DNA of 61,337 nucleotides from Bacteroidales bacterium (GTDB taxonomy: Bacteria; Bacteroidota; Bacteroidia; Bacteroidales; JBBRXJ01): the NCBI GenBank assembly GCA_038248505.1, contig JBBRXJ010000005.1, positions 1-61,337 of the forward strand, read 5' to 3'. The notes beneath the pieces are model-generated. The model made no database searches. It was not told the DNA's origin and saw only the letters and a list, made by a program, of their open reading frames with translations. A program made the translations under genes and the position numbers. Each line of letters begins with the position of its first letter. Positions within the stretch are counted from its first letter, which is position 1. Of this stretch, positions 29,139 to 40,032 are shown in pieces.

Positions 29139-29693
29139 ATGCCAGTTAAAATCAGATTAAGCAGAAAAGGGAAGAAGCATCAGGCGTTTTACCACATAGT
29201 AGCGACTGATAGCAGAATGCCACGTGATGGCAAGTTCATAGAGAAACTTGGCACTTACGATCCCAAATCCAATCCGGTAGCTATCGAACTTGATTTCGAG
29301 AAAACCTTACATTGGTTACAAACAGGCGCACAGCCGACCGATACCATGCGGTCAATTCTGTCAAGCAAAGGTGTAATGCTTAAAAAGCATTTATTAGAAG
29401 GCGTAAAAAAAGGCGCACTCACCAATGAGCAGGCAGAAGCAAAATTTGAAGCTTGGACCAAAGAAAAAGATTCAAAAGTTCAGGCAACAAAAAGCCATGG
29501 TACAAAAACCAAGATTGACGAGAAACGTAAGAAACTCGAAGCTGAAGTAAAAGTGAAAGAAGCAAAAGCTGCAGCAATCCTACAAAAGAGTTCAGAACTC
29601 GCAAAGGAAGCTGCTGAAGCCAAAGCTGCTCAGGAAGCTGAACAAATTGCTGCAAAAGCTGCTGAATCTCCTGCTGCTGAAGCACAAGCATAA
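29139..29693 (+). CDS. rpsP: 30S ribosomal protein S16 with Bacteroidota C-terminal extension
   Basis: MPVKIRLSRKGKK, DSRMPRDGKFIEKLGTYDP, GAQPTDT. A TATATTTG -7 box lies at 29096-29103. Confidence 0.97.
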   Translation: MPVKIRLSRKGKKHQAFYHIVATDSRMPRDGKFIEKLGTYDPKSNPVAIELDFEKTLHWLQTGAQPTDTMRSILSSKGVMLKKHLLEGVKKGALTNEQAEAKFEAWTKEKDSKVQATKSHGTKTKIDEKRKKLEAEVKVKEAKAAAILQKSSELAKEAAEAKAAQEAEQIAAKAAESPAAEAQA

Positions 29694-29711
29694 TCAGCAT
29701 CTTAAAATACT

Positions 29712-29745
29712 AAAGCCTCGCTGTATGCGGGGCTTTCTTTTTTTT
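29712..29745 (+). terminator. Terminator/attenuator hairpin between rpsP and rimM
   Basis: AAAGCCTCGC-TGTAT-GCGGGGCTTT plus a T-tract. Confidence 0.8.
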
Positions 29746-29792
29746 CCACAACTCATTTTTCAACACTACACCGCGGCAGATCACTCATTACT

Positions 29793-30317
29793 ATGATTTC
29801 AACAAATGAATGTATTTACATTGGGAGGCTCTCCAAAACGCATGGGGTAAATGGTGGTATACAGCTTCGTAATCCGGATGGAATACCCGAGTGGATTGAA
29901 AAAATAAAACTCCTCCTGCTTTTACTAGATAATCAGCCTGTACCCTTTTTCCCCGACGAAATTAATGTTCAATCACATACTTCGGTAGTAGTGCATTTTG
30001 AGGAAATTAATACCATTGATAAAGCAGAGAACTACAGAGATATTGAGGTTTATATTTTGGCTGAACACAAACCCAAAACGAAGAAAAAATTGAACTCCGA
30101 TGAGCCAGATATGATTGGCTATATTGCCTCCGATGTACATCACGGAATTATTGGTACTATTGATGGATTGCTTGACTTGAAGCGAAACCCGCTTTTTGAA
30201 ATTAATAAAGGAGAGATACTTATTCCAATCAATGAGGCATTTATAAAAGAGGTGAATCATAAGGAGAGAACCATACTGTTTGATTTACCAGAAGGATTTC
30301 TCGATATCAATAAATAA
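29793..30317 (+). CDS. rimM: Ribosome maturation factor RimM
   Basis: IGRLSKTHGVNG, PVPFF, EILIP, DLPEGFLDI; located directly after rpsP. Confidence 0.92.
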   Translation: MISTNECIYIGRLSKTHGVNGGIQLRNPDGIPEWIEKIKLLLLLLDNQPVPFFPDEINVQSHTSVVVHFEEINTIDKAENYRDIEVYILAEHKPKTKKKLNSDEPDMIGYIASDVHHGIIGTIDGLLDLKRNPLFEINKGEILIPINEAFIKEVNHKERTILFDLPEGFLDINK

Positions 30318-30318
30318 A

Positions 30319-30750
30319 CTATACTACCTCCGTATCGTATTCAAGAACGGCATTTCTCCAGACCTTAGGTATTTCAATCGTTTTATGACTAATCACATCA
30401 TAGGCAATCATAACGGCCATGGCTATCGTTTTTAATTCGCCAGTTTGAATATCAAGGACTACATGTCGCATATCAAAACTCTTATTCCCTAGTCGGCTTA
30501 CTTTTGTATAAATTCGGGTCTTGTCATGAAAAAAGATAGGTGATTTATAATCTATTTCCGTATGCGCCATTATAATAGAATCTTTATTCCAATCAATCTC
30601 ATATTTAAGTATGGACTCAAAATAATGAACCCGTGCAGTATCAAAATAATGCCCATAAATAGTGTTGTTTACGTGGCCATTCATATCAATATCTGAATAA
30701 CGTACCTGAATATCAATACAATGCCTAAATTTTAAGCCATTCGCTTCCAT
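30319..30750 (-). CDS. Acyl-CoA thioesterase (4HBT/YbgC hotdog fold)
   Basis: VRYSDIDMNGHVNNTIY, IDYKSP, RLGNKSF. Confidence 0.9.
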   Translation of the reverse strand: MEANGLKFRHCIDIQVRYSDIDMNGHVNNTIYGHYFDTARVHYFESILKYEIDWNKDSIIMAHTEIDYKSPIFFHDKTRIYTKVSRLGNKSFDMRHVVLDIQTGELKTIAMAVMIAYDVISHKTIEIPKVWRNAVLEYDTEVV

Positions 30751-30915
30751 ATTTATTGTATTTAAACTAGTCAAAGGTATTGAAAAATCGAGAAAAGATA
30801 AGAACCAATATGTAATTGAAGGTCTTTTGCACTTATAATGGTCAAAAAAAACAAGCTATTAATTGGCATTTATGAAAAGATTTCCTATTTTTAGCAGTCT
30901 TAAAAGGTATTAAAG

Positions 30916-32391
30916 ATGTCAATAATTTCTAAAGTCAAGGTATTTTTCGGGTTCATTCCTGAAACATCGTCGGTTGAGTCACGCCGTACTGCATTGCAAA
31001 AAGAGTATGATGATTATCATGCATTTGCAAAATCGCCTGAATTAGCACATTACGAAGAATTAAAAAAATTCGTCACTGATTCTGCATTTACGGAAGCTAA
31101 AAGCAAAATCATGGCACAAAAATTCAGCGATACTACTGAATATGAAAAAGAGCAAGCGTATCTTGCATTGAAGAAATCGGCAGCATTTAAAACGTATTTC
31201 AAGGTAAAGACTTCGTCTAAACTAGCTGATTTTATTCACACAGAAGGATCAAGCGAATTAGCGGAATATATTAAACTCGAAAAGAAAGTTAATACACAAG
31301 CCTTTGTTGAAAAACAAAATAGCATGCCAGCTAAAGAGTTTAAGTTAAGCGATGATTACGCCACTTTAGAAAGTTATAATCAATTAAAAAAATCGTCGGC
31401 AATAAAATTCTATTATAAATACAAGCTCGATTCAAATTATCAAGAATACTTGCATATAGAAGGATCAAAAGAATTAGATGAATATGTTGCACTTGAAAAA
31501 ATGGTTCATTCAGATGAGTTTCGTAAAGTAAAGGAATACATGCTCATAAGCTCCAAGAAAAAATGGTTGGCTTCTGATGAATATGCAAAGCAACAAGAAT
31601 ATATTCAACTTAACAAATCAGAAAAAATAGTTTGGTATTATAAATTAGAAGGCACTTTAAAATTTGATGAAATAAAAAACTGGAAAATTGTTTTTGAAGA
31701 TGATTTTGATGCAAAAACAAAAACGATTGATCAAGCAAAATGGATAACAAATTATTTTTATGCCAATAAAATGCTTAAAGATACATATTCCATTGTTATG
31801 GATAAACATTTAGTAACCGATGGTGAAAATTTGGAGTTAAAAGATAGTAATCTTAAAATTGTAACTAAAAAAGAGCATCGTAAAGGTAATGTTTGGAATC
31901 CGTATGCAGGTTTCCATCCACGCGAATTTGATTATACCTCAGGTGTTGTAAACACAGGTAAATCATTCCGCCCTCAATATGGTAAGATTGAGATTAAAGC
32001 AAAAATGAACGATCAGCAAGTTGGAACACATACGGCTTGGTTGGCAGGCGACCAAGCACTACCACAGGTGAATATTTTTAAGTACGAAAAAAACAAATTG
32101 AGCCTTGGTATTTTTTGGGGACAGCTCAGCAAAAAAGGAATACGAAAAAATGTAAATACCTTATTGAGCGGTGCTAAATACGGACAAGATTTTCATATCT
32201 TCACCTTAGAGTGGGAGCCAGGTAAAATGACTTGGTATATAAATGAACTAGAAGCAAAAACGATAACAACTGATGTGCCTGAAATGCCCATGTATATTGC
32301 ACTTAGCTCAGGTCTTTATGGTAATGTTGATGAAACAAAATTACCCGCCACATTTGATATTGATTGGGTAAAAGTATACTCGAAGAATTAA
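30916..32391 (+). CDS. GH16-fold protein with N-terminal 72-aa helical repeats
   Basis: C-terminal WKIVFEDDF, YTSG, YGKIEIKAK, FHIFTLEWEPGKMTWYIN, PMYI, DIDWVKVY. N-terminal SxEL repeats at residues 40, 112 and 184. Confidence 0.85.
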   Translation: MSIISKVKVFFGFIPETSSVESRRTALQKEYDDYHAFAKSPELAHYEELKKFVTDSAFTEAKSKIMAQKFSDTTEYEKEQAYLALKKSAAFKTYFKVKTSSKLADFIHTEGSSELAEYIKLEKKVNTQAFVEKQNSMPAKEFKLSDDYATLESYNQLKKSSAIKFYYKYKLDSNYQEYLHIEGSKELDEYVALEKMVHSDEFRKVKEYMLISSKKKWLASDEYAKQQEYIQLNKSEKIVWYYKLEGTLKFDEIKNWKIVFEDDFDAKTKTIDQAKWITNYFYANKMLKDTYSIVMDKHLVTDGENLELKDSNLKIVTKKEHRKGNVWNPYAGFHPREFDYTSGVVNTGKSFRPQYGKIEIKAKMNDQQVGTHTAWLAGDQALPQVNIFKYEKNKLSLGIFWGQLSKKGIRKNVNTLLSGAKYGQDFHIFTLEWEPGKMTWYINELEAKTITTDVPEMPMYIALSSGLYGNVDETKLPATFDIDWVKVYSKN

Positions 32392-32409
32392 TCAGAAAAA
32401 CTACAAAAT

Positions 32410-32446
32410 AAAAAAGTGCTTGGTGAAAACGAAGCACTTTTTTTTT
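32410..32446 (+). terminator. Rho-independent terminator
   Basis: AAAAAAGTGCTT...AAGCACTTTTTT. Confidence 0.85.
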
Positions 32447-32896
32447 GGTTCATTTTAAGAATCGGAATATATAGAATTGATACTGCATAATTGTGCACCT
32501 CCTATATATTATCTGAATCTATTTTATCTGTAAATGTATTAATATGTTGACCTTTAGATATACTTGAATATGCGCCGATATTTGTAGAATAATAATGCAA
32601 TGTATTCTTATATACTCCAATTTGAGTAAAAGGTTTGTGCCTACTGAAATATACTTTACAAATAATGGATTAGGAATTCTTAATTTTGATTGATGCGCTA
32701 TAACATGTGATTCAATATAATTGATATTCAGATTGAACATAAGATTTGTTATGAATTGTATTGCTGTATAATAATCTGATTTAACCTAATATTTATCACT
32801 GTACTTCGTTTAATTCTTCTCTTTGTTGATATCATTCAAATCTCTTTATTCCATTTCAGCAAAATAATATCTACTTTTGAAAATCATTATTAAAAC

Positions 32897-34630
32897 GTGC
32901 AGAAAAACTGGTACATAAAGCCTGCAGGCAATGCGGCAATAGTAAAGCATTTAAGTGAAGCACTCAATATATCAACGAGTCTTGCTAATTTACTTTCACA
33001 ACGTGGTGTTCGTAATTATGAAGAGGCACGTGCATTTTTTCGTCCTTCCTTAGACGATCTTATTGATCCTTTTTTGATGAAGGATATGGATAAGGCGATT
33101 GAACGCATTGAACGAGCGTTACAAAACAATGAAAAAATTCTGATCTATGGTGATTACGATGTTGATGGTACTACTGCTGTTGCTTTGGTTTACTCGTTCT
33201 TCACGAAAAAGTACCATGGTGGGCGTTGCAGTCATTTTTTTGGCTATTATATTCCCGATCGCTATGCTGAAGGCTATGGCATTTCTTACAAAGGGATTGA
33301 CTATGCTGCTGCTGGCAATTATACGCTCATGGTCGCTCTTGACTGCGGGATAAAATCAAATGAAAAAATATTATATGCAAGTGAAAAGGGAATTGATTTT
33401 ATTATATGCGACCATCACTTACCAGGCGAAACATTGCCCGAAGCTATTGCTGTTCTTGACCCTGAGCGTAACGACTGCCCTTACCCATACAAATTTTTAA
33501 GCGGTTGTGCGGTTGGTTTTAAATTATTGCAAGCTTTTGCTATTCATAATAACATGATTGTGGATGATCTTTACGATTTGCTCGATTTAGTTGCTGTAAG
33601 CATTTGTTCTGATATTGTACCTATTACGGGCGAAAATCGAATTCTTGTATATCATGGTTTACAGCGTTTGTCAAAAGAGCCTTCACTTGGATTACGAGCG
33701 ATAATAAAAATTGCTAATATTGAAGGGAAAGCCTTACGTGTTGAAGATGTTGTATTTCGAATTGGTCCACGCATTAATGCTGCTGGAAGGATTGGTAATG
33801 GTACTACAGCGGTTGATTTATTAACAGCATCAACATGTGAAGCGGCATTTGAAATTGCAGCACGTATTAATATTCTAAACAATGAACGCAAAGACCTTGA
33901 TAAAAATATAACCGAAGAGGCCATACAAATGATTACTGCGGATCCTCTTTATGCAAACTCACGCTCAACGGTTGTGTATAATGAAAACTGGCATAAAGGC
34001 GTGGTAGGCATTGTGGCTTCTCGTTTAATTGAGAATTGGTATAAGCCAACAATTGTTCTTACGCGCTCAAATGGTTTTGCATGTGGGTCAGCTCGTTCAA
34101 TAGCTGGATTTGATCTGTATAAGACCATTGAAGAATGTAGCTGTTTGCTTGAAACCTATGGCGGCCACAAGCACGCGGCAGGCCTTACCCTTAAAGCTGA
34201 GAATGTACCAGCTTTTCGCGAGATGTTTGAAGCAAAAGCACTTGCTTCAACAACACCTGAAATGATGGTTCCTACACTTGAAATTGACGCAGAATTATCT
34301 CTTTCAGATATTAATCCTAAATTCTTCCGAGTCCTAAAACAATTTGAACCATTCGGTCCTGAAAATATGACTCCTGTTTTTTGCTCGCTGGGAACGACCG
34401 ATATGAATAGTCTTAAAAAAGTAGGCAGTACTCAAGAGCATCTAAAATTAAATGCGTATAAAGTTGGCGATACCAAATCAAATATCTCTGGAATAGCATT
34501 TGGTTTGGCGCATTACTATGATAGTCTGAAGGAGTCAGGCAAATTCGATATTTGTTATACCATTGAGGAAAATGATTTTATGGGTAATATAAATTTACAG
34601 CTCATGGTGCGCGATTTCAGACCTATTTAA
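32897..34630 (+). CDS. recJ: Single-stranded DNA exonuclease RecJ
   Basis: YGDYDVDG, EGYG, DCG, DHH, GPRINAAGR, GSARS, GGHKHAAG, EPFGPEN. Confidence 0.97.
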   Translation: MQKNWYIKPAGNAAIVKHLSEALNISTSLANLLSQRGVRNYEEARAFFRPSLDDLIDPFLMKDMDKAIERIERALQNNEKILIYGDYDVDGTTAVALVYSFFTKKYHGGRCSHFFGYYIPDRYAEGYGISYKGIDYAAAGNYTLMVALDCGIKSNEKILYASEKGIDFIICDHHLPGETLPEAIAVLDPERNDCPYPYKFLSGCAVGFKLLQAFAIHNNMIVDDLYDLLDLVAVSICSDIVPITGENRILVYHGLQRLSKEPSLGLRAIIKIANIEGKALRVEDVVFRIGPRINAAGRIGNGTTAVDLLTASTCEAAFEIAARINILNNERKDLDKNITEEAIQMITADPLYANSRSTVVYNENWHKGVVGIVASRLIENWYKPTIVLTRSNGFACGSARSIAGFDLYKTIEECSCLLETYGGHKHAAGLTLKAENVPAFREMFEAKALASTTPEMMVPTLEIDAELSLSDINPKFFRVLKQFEPFGPENMTPVFCSLGTTDMNSLKKVGSTQEHLKLNAYKVGDTKSNISGIAFGLAHYYDSLKESGKFDICYTIEENDFMGNINLQLMVRDFRPI

Positions 34631-34633
34631 TTG

Positions 34634-35740
34634 TCATCCCTTTTGTGGTAGTAAATCTTCCTGTTGCGGATTACGATAAACGGAGAGGTAGGTTGACGTC
34701 AAAATATCCTGTGACACTAGCTTACTCGATATTATTGGAGCTTTTGTTCCTTCATCAAAATTATTTTTTCCTCTAAATACACGCGCCTCATCCCACTGAT
34801 TACTTTCAATAAATGCATGTAATAGCATGGCGCCTCCTTCTACTAATACTGACTGAATACCACGTTTGTAGAGCTGTTCAAGTACTTGATCAATAACATT
34901 TATAGTAAAATCTATTTTACAATATTCTAAATTATTTGTTGAAGACTTGTTTCTTTCGGTAAAAACGAGTGTGGGAATACTTCTATCAAATAGCGAAGAA
35001 TCAGGCTGGATACGCAGAGTACGATCAAGCACCACGCGCAAAGGATTTTTTCCTTTCCATAAACGTGCATTTAATTTAGGATTATCATTAATAGCAGTGT
35101 TCGTTCCAACCATTATAGCTTGCTCTTCGGTACGCCATTTGTGAACGAGTATCAATTCTTTTTCATCGTTTATCCATGAAGGTTTTCGCTCATTATCTGA
35201 TTTTCGTTTATGGTCAAGCAGTCCATCGGCTGATTGTGCCCATTTAAGAATGATATAAGGTCGCTTTTTTTCATGATAACAAATAAAACGTTTATTCAGC
35301 AACAAACATTCTTCTTCGAGAACGCCTATTCTTAAATTGATTCCGGCCTCTTCCATTCGAAAAATTCCGCGTCCAGATACATCTGAAAATACATCAACCA
35401 TACCAACAACAACATTGGGAATACCTTCACGTATTATCATATCGGCACATGGAGGTGTTTTGCCATGATGTGAACAAGGTTCTAGGTTTACATATATAGT
35501 GCTGCGTTTAAGCAAAGACTTTTCTTTGACGCTATTTACCGCATTTACCTCTGCATGCGCATTGCCATATTGCCTATGATAACCTTCGCCAATTATTTTA
35601 TTGTCACATACAATAATAGATCCTACCATCGGATTTGGCGATACACTTCCTTGTCCACAACGCGCCAATTCAAGACATCGGCTCATATAATTCTCGTCCA
35701 TTGACGCTTTCTCAAAACTTTCTATTCTTTCATCTTTCAT
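34634..35740 (-). CDS. ribD: Bifunctional riboflavin deaminase/reductase RibD
   Basis: PNPMVG, HAEVNA, LEPCSHHGKTPPC, KWAQSADG, VLVEGG. The true start may be the ATG at 35701. Confidence 0.96.
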   Translation of the reverse strand: MKDERIESFEKASMDENYMSRCLELARCGQGSVSPNPMVGSIIVCDNKIIGEGYHRQYGNAHAEVNAVNSVKEKSLLKRSTIYVNLEPCSHHGKTPPCADMIIREGIPNVVVGMVDVFSDVSGRGIFRMEEAGINLRIGVLEEECLLLNKRFICYHEKKRPYIILKWAQSADGLLDHKRKSDNERKPSWINDEKELILVHKWRTEEQAIMVGTNTAINDNPKLNARLWKGKNPLRVVLDRTLRIQPDSSLFDRSIPTLVFTERNKSSTNNLEYCKIDFTINVIDQVLEQLYKRGIQSVLVEGGAMLLHAFIESNQWDEARVFRGKNNFDEGTKAPIISSKLVSQDILTSTYLSVYRNPQQEDLLPQKG

Positions 35741-35769
35741 CTTTTCCGTTTTCTTCTTATTTTTGCTTT

Positions 35770-36651
35770 ATGGCAATACCTACAATAAAAACATTTAGCA
35801 CCATATTTCAAGATGAATTGAATGGTGTTTATCCTTTACAGGAAATTCAAGCATTACTTCGCATTGCGCTAGAGCATGTGTTAAAAATGTCATTTAAAGA
35901 TTTAGTGAGTTCGCCTGATACAAAGATACCTATTTCTTCTTTTAAAACGCTGAACAACATACTAAGGGAGCTAAAAAACAATAAACCAATTCAATATATA
36001 ATAGGGAAAGCCGATTTTTATGGTTTGGTATTGCATGTTAATGGCTCTGTTCTCATACCTCGTCAGGAAACAGAAGAACTTGTTCATCATATAATAAACG
36101 CAAGCAAAAAGAAGAATAGTATTTCTTTAATAGATATTGGAACAGGGAGTGGCTGTATTGCTATTAGTTTAAAAAAGAATATGCCAATGGCGAATGTTAG
36201 TGCTTTGGATATATCAGAAGAAGCACTTGTTATAGCAAAGTTAAATGCGGTAGAACAAAACACAGAAATAACATTTGTACAGGCAGATATTTTAAAATTG
36301 CCTCAGCTAAAAACCCAATACAATCTTATTGTTAGCAATCCGCCCTATATACCCCAAAACGAGCAATTAACAATGCATCCCAATGTTTTGAATTACGAAC
36401 CACATTTAGCATTATTTGTTTCAAAAAACGACCCCTTGGTATTTTATAAAGCCATAATGGAGTTTGCAATAAATCATTTTACCGATGGGGGCGAATTATG
36501 GTTTGAAATACATGAACATTTTGCGCCACATGTACAAACCATGATGATTGAATACAATTTTTCAGGCGTTGAAATTATTAAAGATATTCATGATAAAAAC
36601 CGTATTGTTAAAGGAGTTTGGATGCATCCAGCAGCGATTGGTAGGAATTAA
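35770..36651 (+). CDS. prmC: Release factor glutamine methyltransferase
   Basis: PIQYIIG, VLIPRQETEELV, DIGTGSGCIA, VSNPPY, YEPHLAL. ATG at 35770 preferred because the ORF-track extension overlaps ribD. Confidence 0.95.
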   Translation: MAIPTIKTFSTIFQDELNGVYPLQEIQALLRIALEHVLKMSFKDLVSSPDTKIPISSFKTLNNILRELKNNKPIQYIIGKADFYGLVLHVNGSVLIPRQETEELVHHIINASKKKNSISLIDIGTGSGCIAISLKKNMPMANVSALDISEEALVIAKLNAVEQNTEITFVQADILKLPQLKTQYNLIVSNPPYIPQNEQLTMHPNVLNYEPHLALFVSKNDPLVFYKAIMEFAINHFTDGGELWFEIHEHFAPHVQTMMIEYNFSGVEIIKDIHDKNRIVKGVWMHPAAIGRN

Positions 36652-36708
36652 AATAAGTGACAAGTAAAAGTAATCAGCTTCGGCAGATCACTATTTATAT
36701 AACACAGT

Positions 36709-37191
36709 ATGCTTAGAGTTAAAAAAGATATAGATAAAAATACGGCACTAAAGAAGGCTCGAGAAATATGTGGTCGCGAGGAAAAATGTGCGTATGATAT
36801 TCGTAAAAAATTTGTAGATTGGGGACTTGATGCTCAACATCACGAGGCACTTATTGATAGTTTAATTCAAGATAGTTTTATAGATGAAAGTCGTTATGCT
36901 AAATTATTTGCTGAGAGCAAAATAAAATACAGTCATTGGGGTAAATTCAAAATTTCGCTTGAACTGCAACGTAAACATATCCCCGAAAAATTAATCAAGG
37001 AGGCATTAGAGACCCTTATAGATGCTAATTATGAAGAGATTGTAAAGAGGGAGTTGACAAAGAAATTAGCTCAAATAAAACATAGTGACACCATAAAAAA
37101 GAAGGCTACACTTCTACGCTTTGCCGCATCGAGGGGTTATGATTGTGATATGGTGTATAAATATTTCAAAATATTTAATGACGACACTTAG
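36709..37191 (+). CDS. recX: RecX-family regulator
   Basis: FIDESRYA, WGKFKISLEL, RFAASRGY. Confidence 0.88.
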   Translation: MLRVKKDIDKNTALKKAREICGREEKCAYDIRKKFVDWGLDAQHHEALIDSLIQDSFIDESRYAKLFAESKIKYSHWGKFKISLELQRKHIPEKLIKEALETLIDANYEEIVKRELTKKLAQIKHSDTIKKKATLLRFAASRGYDCDMVYKYFKIFNDDT

Positions 37192-37531
37192 CGCATATTC
37201 ATATTGAGATAGACATCAAAGATGTGAATGTAGATAGTTATAAAATGGGCATACGATTTTATTTTTTTTATATTGTTGCTCTCAAACTGATAGTACAGAA
37301 AAATGCGTCAGAATATCAAAACAAGAATAATGTCCTTCATCCTATTGATTTCTTGAACCTGTGCAATGACCGAGTTTATTTTTATTCATCACTTCTCATC
37401 TCATATAGCGCTTTTATACCTTATTTTTACGGCTTTTAACAGAATATTTATCATATTTTGTTAAATTTGAACAATAACTTTTAATAGCAGTAATTATATA
37501 AGCTTTACAATCAAACTTTTAACATCTTCAA

Positions 37532-38455
37532 ATGAACTCATTGGTTGGATATACAGGATTTGTTGGCTCAAATTTGTTTAAGCAAACAGTATTTGATGGT
37601 TTTTATAATTCAAAAAATATTGAGAGTGCCTTTGATACTCAGCCCGAAATATTGGTATATTGTGGAGTACGTGCAGAGAAGTATTTAGCGAATAAAGAAC
37701 CCGAAACGGATTTGCAGAATATTAAAAATGCTTTTGCTGATATTCGGAAAATAAACCCTAAGAAAATTATTCTGATTTCGACTATTGACGTTTACAAAAC
37801 TCCTATAGACGTTAATGAAGATAGTGAAATTGAATTAGAGGATTTGCACCCTTATGGCTTGCATCGTTATTATTTAGAACAATGGGTTGAGACTCATTTT
37901 GAAGATTGTTTAATTGTTCGTTTACCTGGCTTATATGGCGAGAATATAAAAAAGAATTTTATTTATGATTATTTAAACATCATTCCTTTTATGTTAAATA
38001 ATGAAAAATATCAGGAATTATTTAATAAAAATTCAATTATAGGTAATTATTATAAAAGATTAGAAAATGGATTGTACGGCTGTAACGAATTAAGCAAAGA
38101 TGAACGTGTGTTTTTAAAGAATCATTTTCTCACAGTAGGCTTTAATGCTCTTAATTTTACCGATAGTAGGGCTTCTTTTCAGTTTTATAATTTATCGAAT
38201 TTATGGGCACATATTCAGGTTGCTGTTGAGACTAAAGTTAAAAAGATAAATTTAGCAACTGAGCCCATTATAATTTCAGAATTGTATAAACAATTAAAGG
38301 GAGTGGAATTTACTAATCATTTATCAAATACACCTCCAAAATATAATTTCAAAACGAAATACGATACACTTTTTAGTGGAAATAATGGTTACATTCTCAA
38401 TAAAGATTATATAATAAAAGACATTGTAAAATTTATTAGATCTAAAGAAGCATGA
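37532..38455 (+). CDS. NAD-dependent epimerase/dehydratase-like protein
   Basis: LVGYTGFVGSNL Rossmann motif, ISTIDVY, YGLHR, RLPGLYG. Confidence 0.85.
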   Translation: MNSLVGYTGFVGSNLFKQTVFDGFYNSKNIESAFDTQPEILVYCGVRAEKYLANKEPETDLQNIKNAFADIRKINPKKIILISTIDVYKTPIDVNEDSEIELEDLHPYGLHRYYLEQWVETHFEDCLIVRLPGLYGENIKKNFIYDYLNIIPFMLNNEKYQELFNKNSIIGNYYKRLENGLYGCNELSKDERVFLKNHFLTVGFNALNFTDSRASFQFYNLSNLWAHIQVAVETKVKKINLATEPIIISELYKQLKGVEFTNHLSNTPPKYNFKTKYDTLFSGNNGYILNKDYIIKDIVKFIRSKEA

Positions 38456-39240
38456 AGTTATCCATTTCAAATATTGCATGGTCAGAGGGGCATGATTTGG
38501 AAATATATGATTTTCTGAAATCACTTTCTTATGAAGGTCTTGAGATTGCTCCAACACGTTTTTTCCCATCTTTACCCTATGATAAACTTGCTGAAGCAAA
38601 GCAAATCTCAACTAATATATTCGATCGCTATACTTTGAGAATTGCATCGATGCAATCAATATGGTATGGTAAGACGGAGCGAATATTTGGTAGTGAACAA
38701 GAACGGATGATATTGCTCGACTATACTAAGAAGGCAATTGACTTTGCGCATGCAACGCAGTGTAAAAATATTGTTTTCGGTTGTCCAAAAAATAGAATTA
38801 TTGATAGAATGGATCAGCTTTACATAGCAATTGAATTTTTTAATGAGCTTGGAGACTATGCAAAATTGAAAAACACGATTGTGGCTATTGAACCTAATCC
38901 AACAATTTATGGCACTAATTTTATAAATACAAGTTTGGAAGCTTTTAATTTAGTAAATCAGATTGATAATGAAGGAATAAAAGTTAATATTGATTTTGGT
39001 ACTATTCTCGAGAACAATGAGGAGTTAACATTAATTGCAGATAACATTAATCTTGTAAATCATGTTCATATTAGTGAGCCAAATTTGATGCCTATTCAAT
39101 CTCGAGATATTCATAAGGAACTTGCCATTATCCTAAATAAATTAAGGTATCAGAATTTTGTTTCCATAGAGATGAAAAATCAAGAAAATATTGTTGAGTT
39201 AAAACGAATAATAGAATATATAAAGGAGATTTTCGCATGA
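38452..39240 (+). CDS. Sugar-phosphate isomerase/epimerase (xylose-isomerase-like TIM barrel)
   Basis: LSISNIAW, GLEIAP, VFGCPKNR, AIEPNP, HVHISEP, SIEMK. Confidence 0.85.
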   Translation: MKLSISNIAWSEGHDLEIYDFLKSLSYEGLEIAPTRFFPSLPYDKLAEAKQISTNIFDRYTLRIASMQSIWYGKTERIFGSEQERMILLDYTKKAIDFAHATQCKNIVFGCPKNRIIDRMDQLYIAIEFFNELGDYAKLKNTIVAIEPNPTIYGTNFINTSLEAFNLVNQIDNEGIKVNIDFGTILENNEELTLIADNINLVNHVHISEPNLMPIQSRDIHKELAIILNKLRYQNFVSIEMKNQENIVELKRIIEYIKEIFA

Positions 39241-40031
39241 TATATGAGAAAATAAACGGGGTCCCTAAGTTTGAATGCCACGAGTATGCTGCAAAAAATG
39301 CTAAATACTGTCTTCTAATTCCAATTATTAATGAAGGAGAACGGATATCTAATGAACTAAAGCGAGCACAATTACATAAAATAAATGAATTAGTTGATAT
39401 TATTATTTGTGATGGCAATTCAAACGATGGATGTACTGATGAGAAATTATTAAGAAGCTTAGGTGTAAATACACTTCTCATAAAAAAAGATACAGGAAAA
39501 CAGGCTGCCCAAATTCGAATGGGTTTTTGGTGGGCAATGCAGCGAGGGTATAAAGGAATTATTTCAATTGATGGTAATAATAAAGATAGCATTGAAAGTG
39601 TTCCGCTTTTTATTAATAAGTTAGATGAGGGATATGATTTTATTCAAGGCTCACGTTATATTCAAGGTGGCAAGGCTATAAATACCCCTTTTATTCGGCA
39701 CCTATCAGTTAAATTACTTCATGCACCAATTATATCTTTAACTGCAAAATATTACTTTACGGATACCACCAATGCTTTTAGAGGGTACTCGATGAACTAC
39801 TTAACACACCCAGATGTTCAGCCACTTCGTGAAATATTTGTTGGATACGAGTTGTTGGCATATTTATCTGTACGTGCAAGCCAATTAAAAATGAGAGTGT
39901 GTGAATTGCCTGTAATTCGTGCATATCCGAAGGGAGAAAAAACGCCAACTAAAATAAGTTTTTTTAAAGGGAATAGTGATCTGCTAAAAATACTTTTTAA
40001 CAATTTAATAGGTAAATATAAACCTGCTTAA
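39237..40031 (+). CDS. GT2 glycosyltransferase (polyprenyl-phosphate glycosyltransferase-like, no TM tail)
   Basis: LLIPIINEG, CDGNSNDG, IDGNNKD, QGSRY, TDTTNAFRGY, ELPV. Confidence 0.88.
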   Translation: MIYEKINGVPKFECHEYAAKNAKYCLLIPIINEGERISNELKRAQLHKINELVDIIICDGNSNDGCTDEKLLRSLGVNTLLIKKDTGKQAAQIRMGFWWAMQRGYKGIISIDGNNKDSIESVPLFINKLDEGYDFIQGSRYIQGGKAINTPFIRHLSVKLLHAPIISLTAKYYFTDTTNAFRGYSMNYLTHPDVQPLREIFVGYELLAYLSVRASQLKMRVCELPVIRAYPKGEKTPTKISFFKGNSDLLKILFNNLIGKYKPA

Positions 40032-40032
40032 T

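Noticed and set aside
32519-32740. 73-aa minus-strand ORF upstream of recJ (also 12348-12563, 13432-13641, 37224-37439)
   Set aside because: Low-complexity ORFs in AT-rich intergenic DNA with no motifs.
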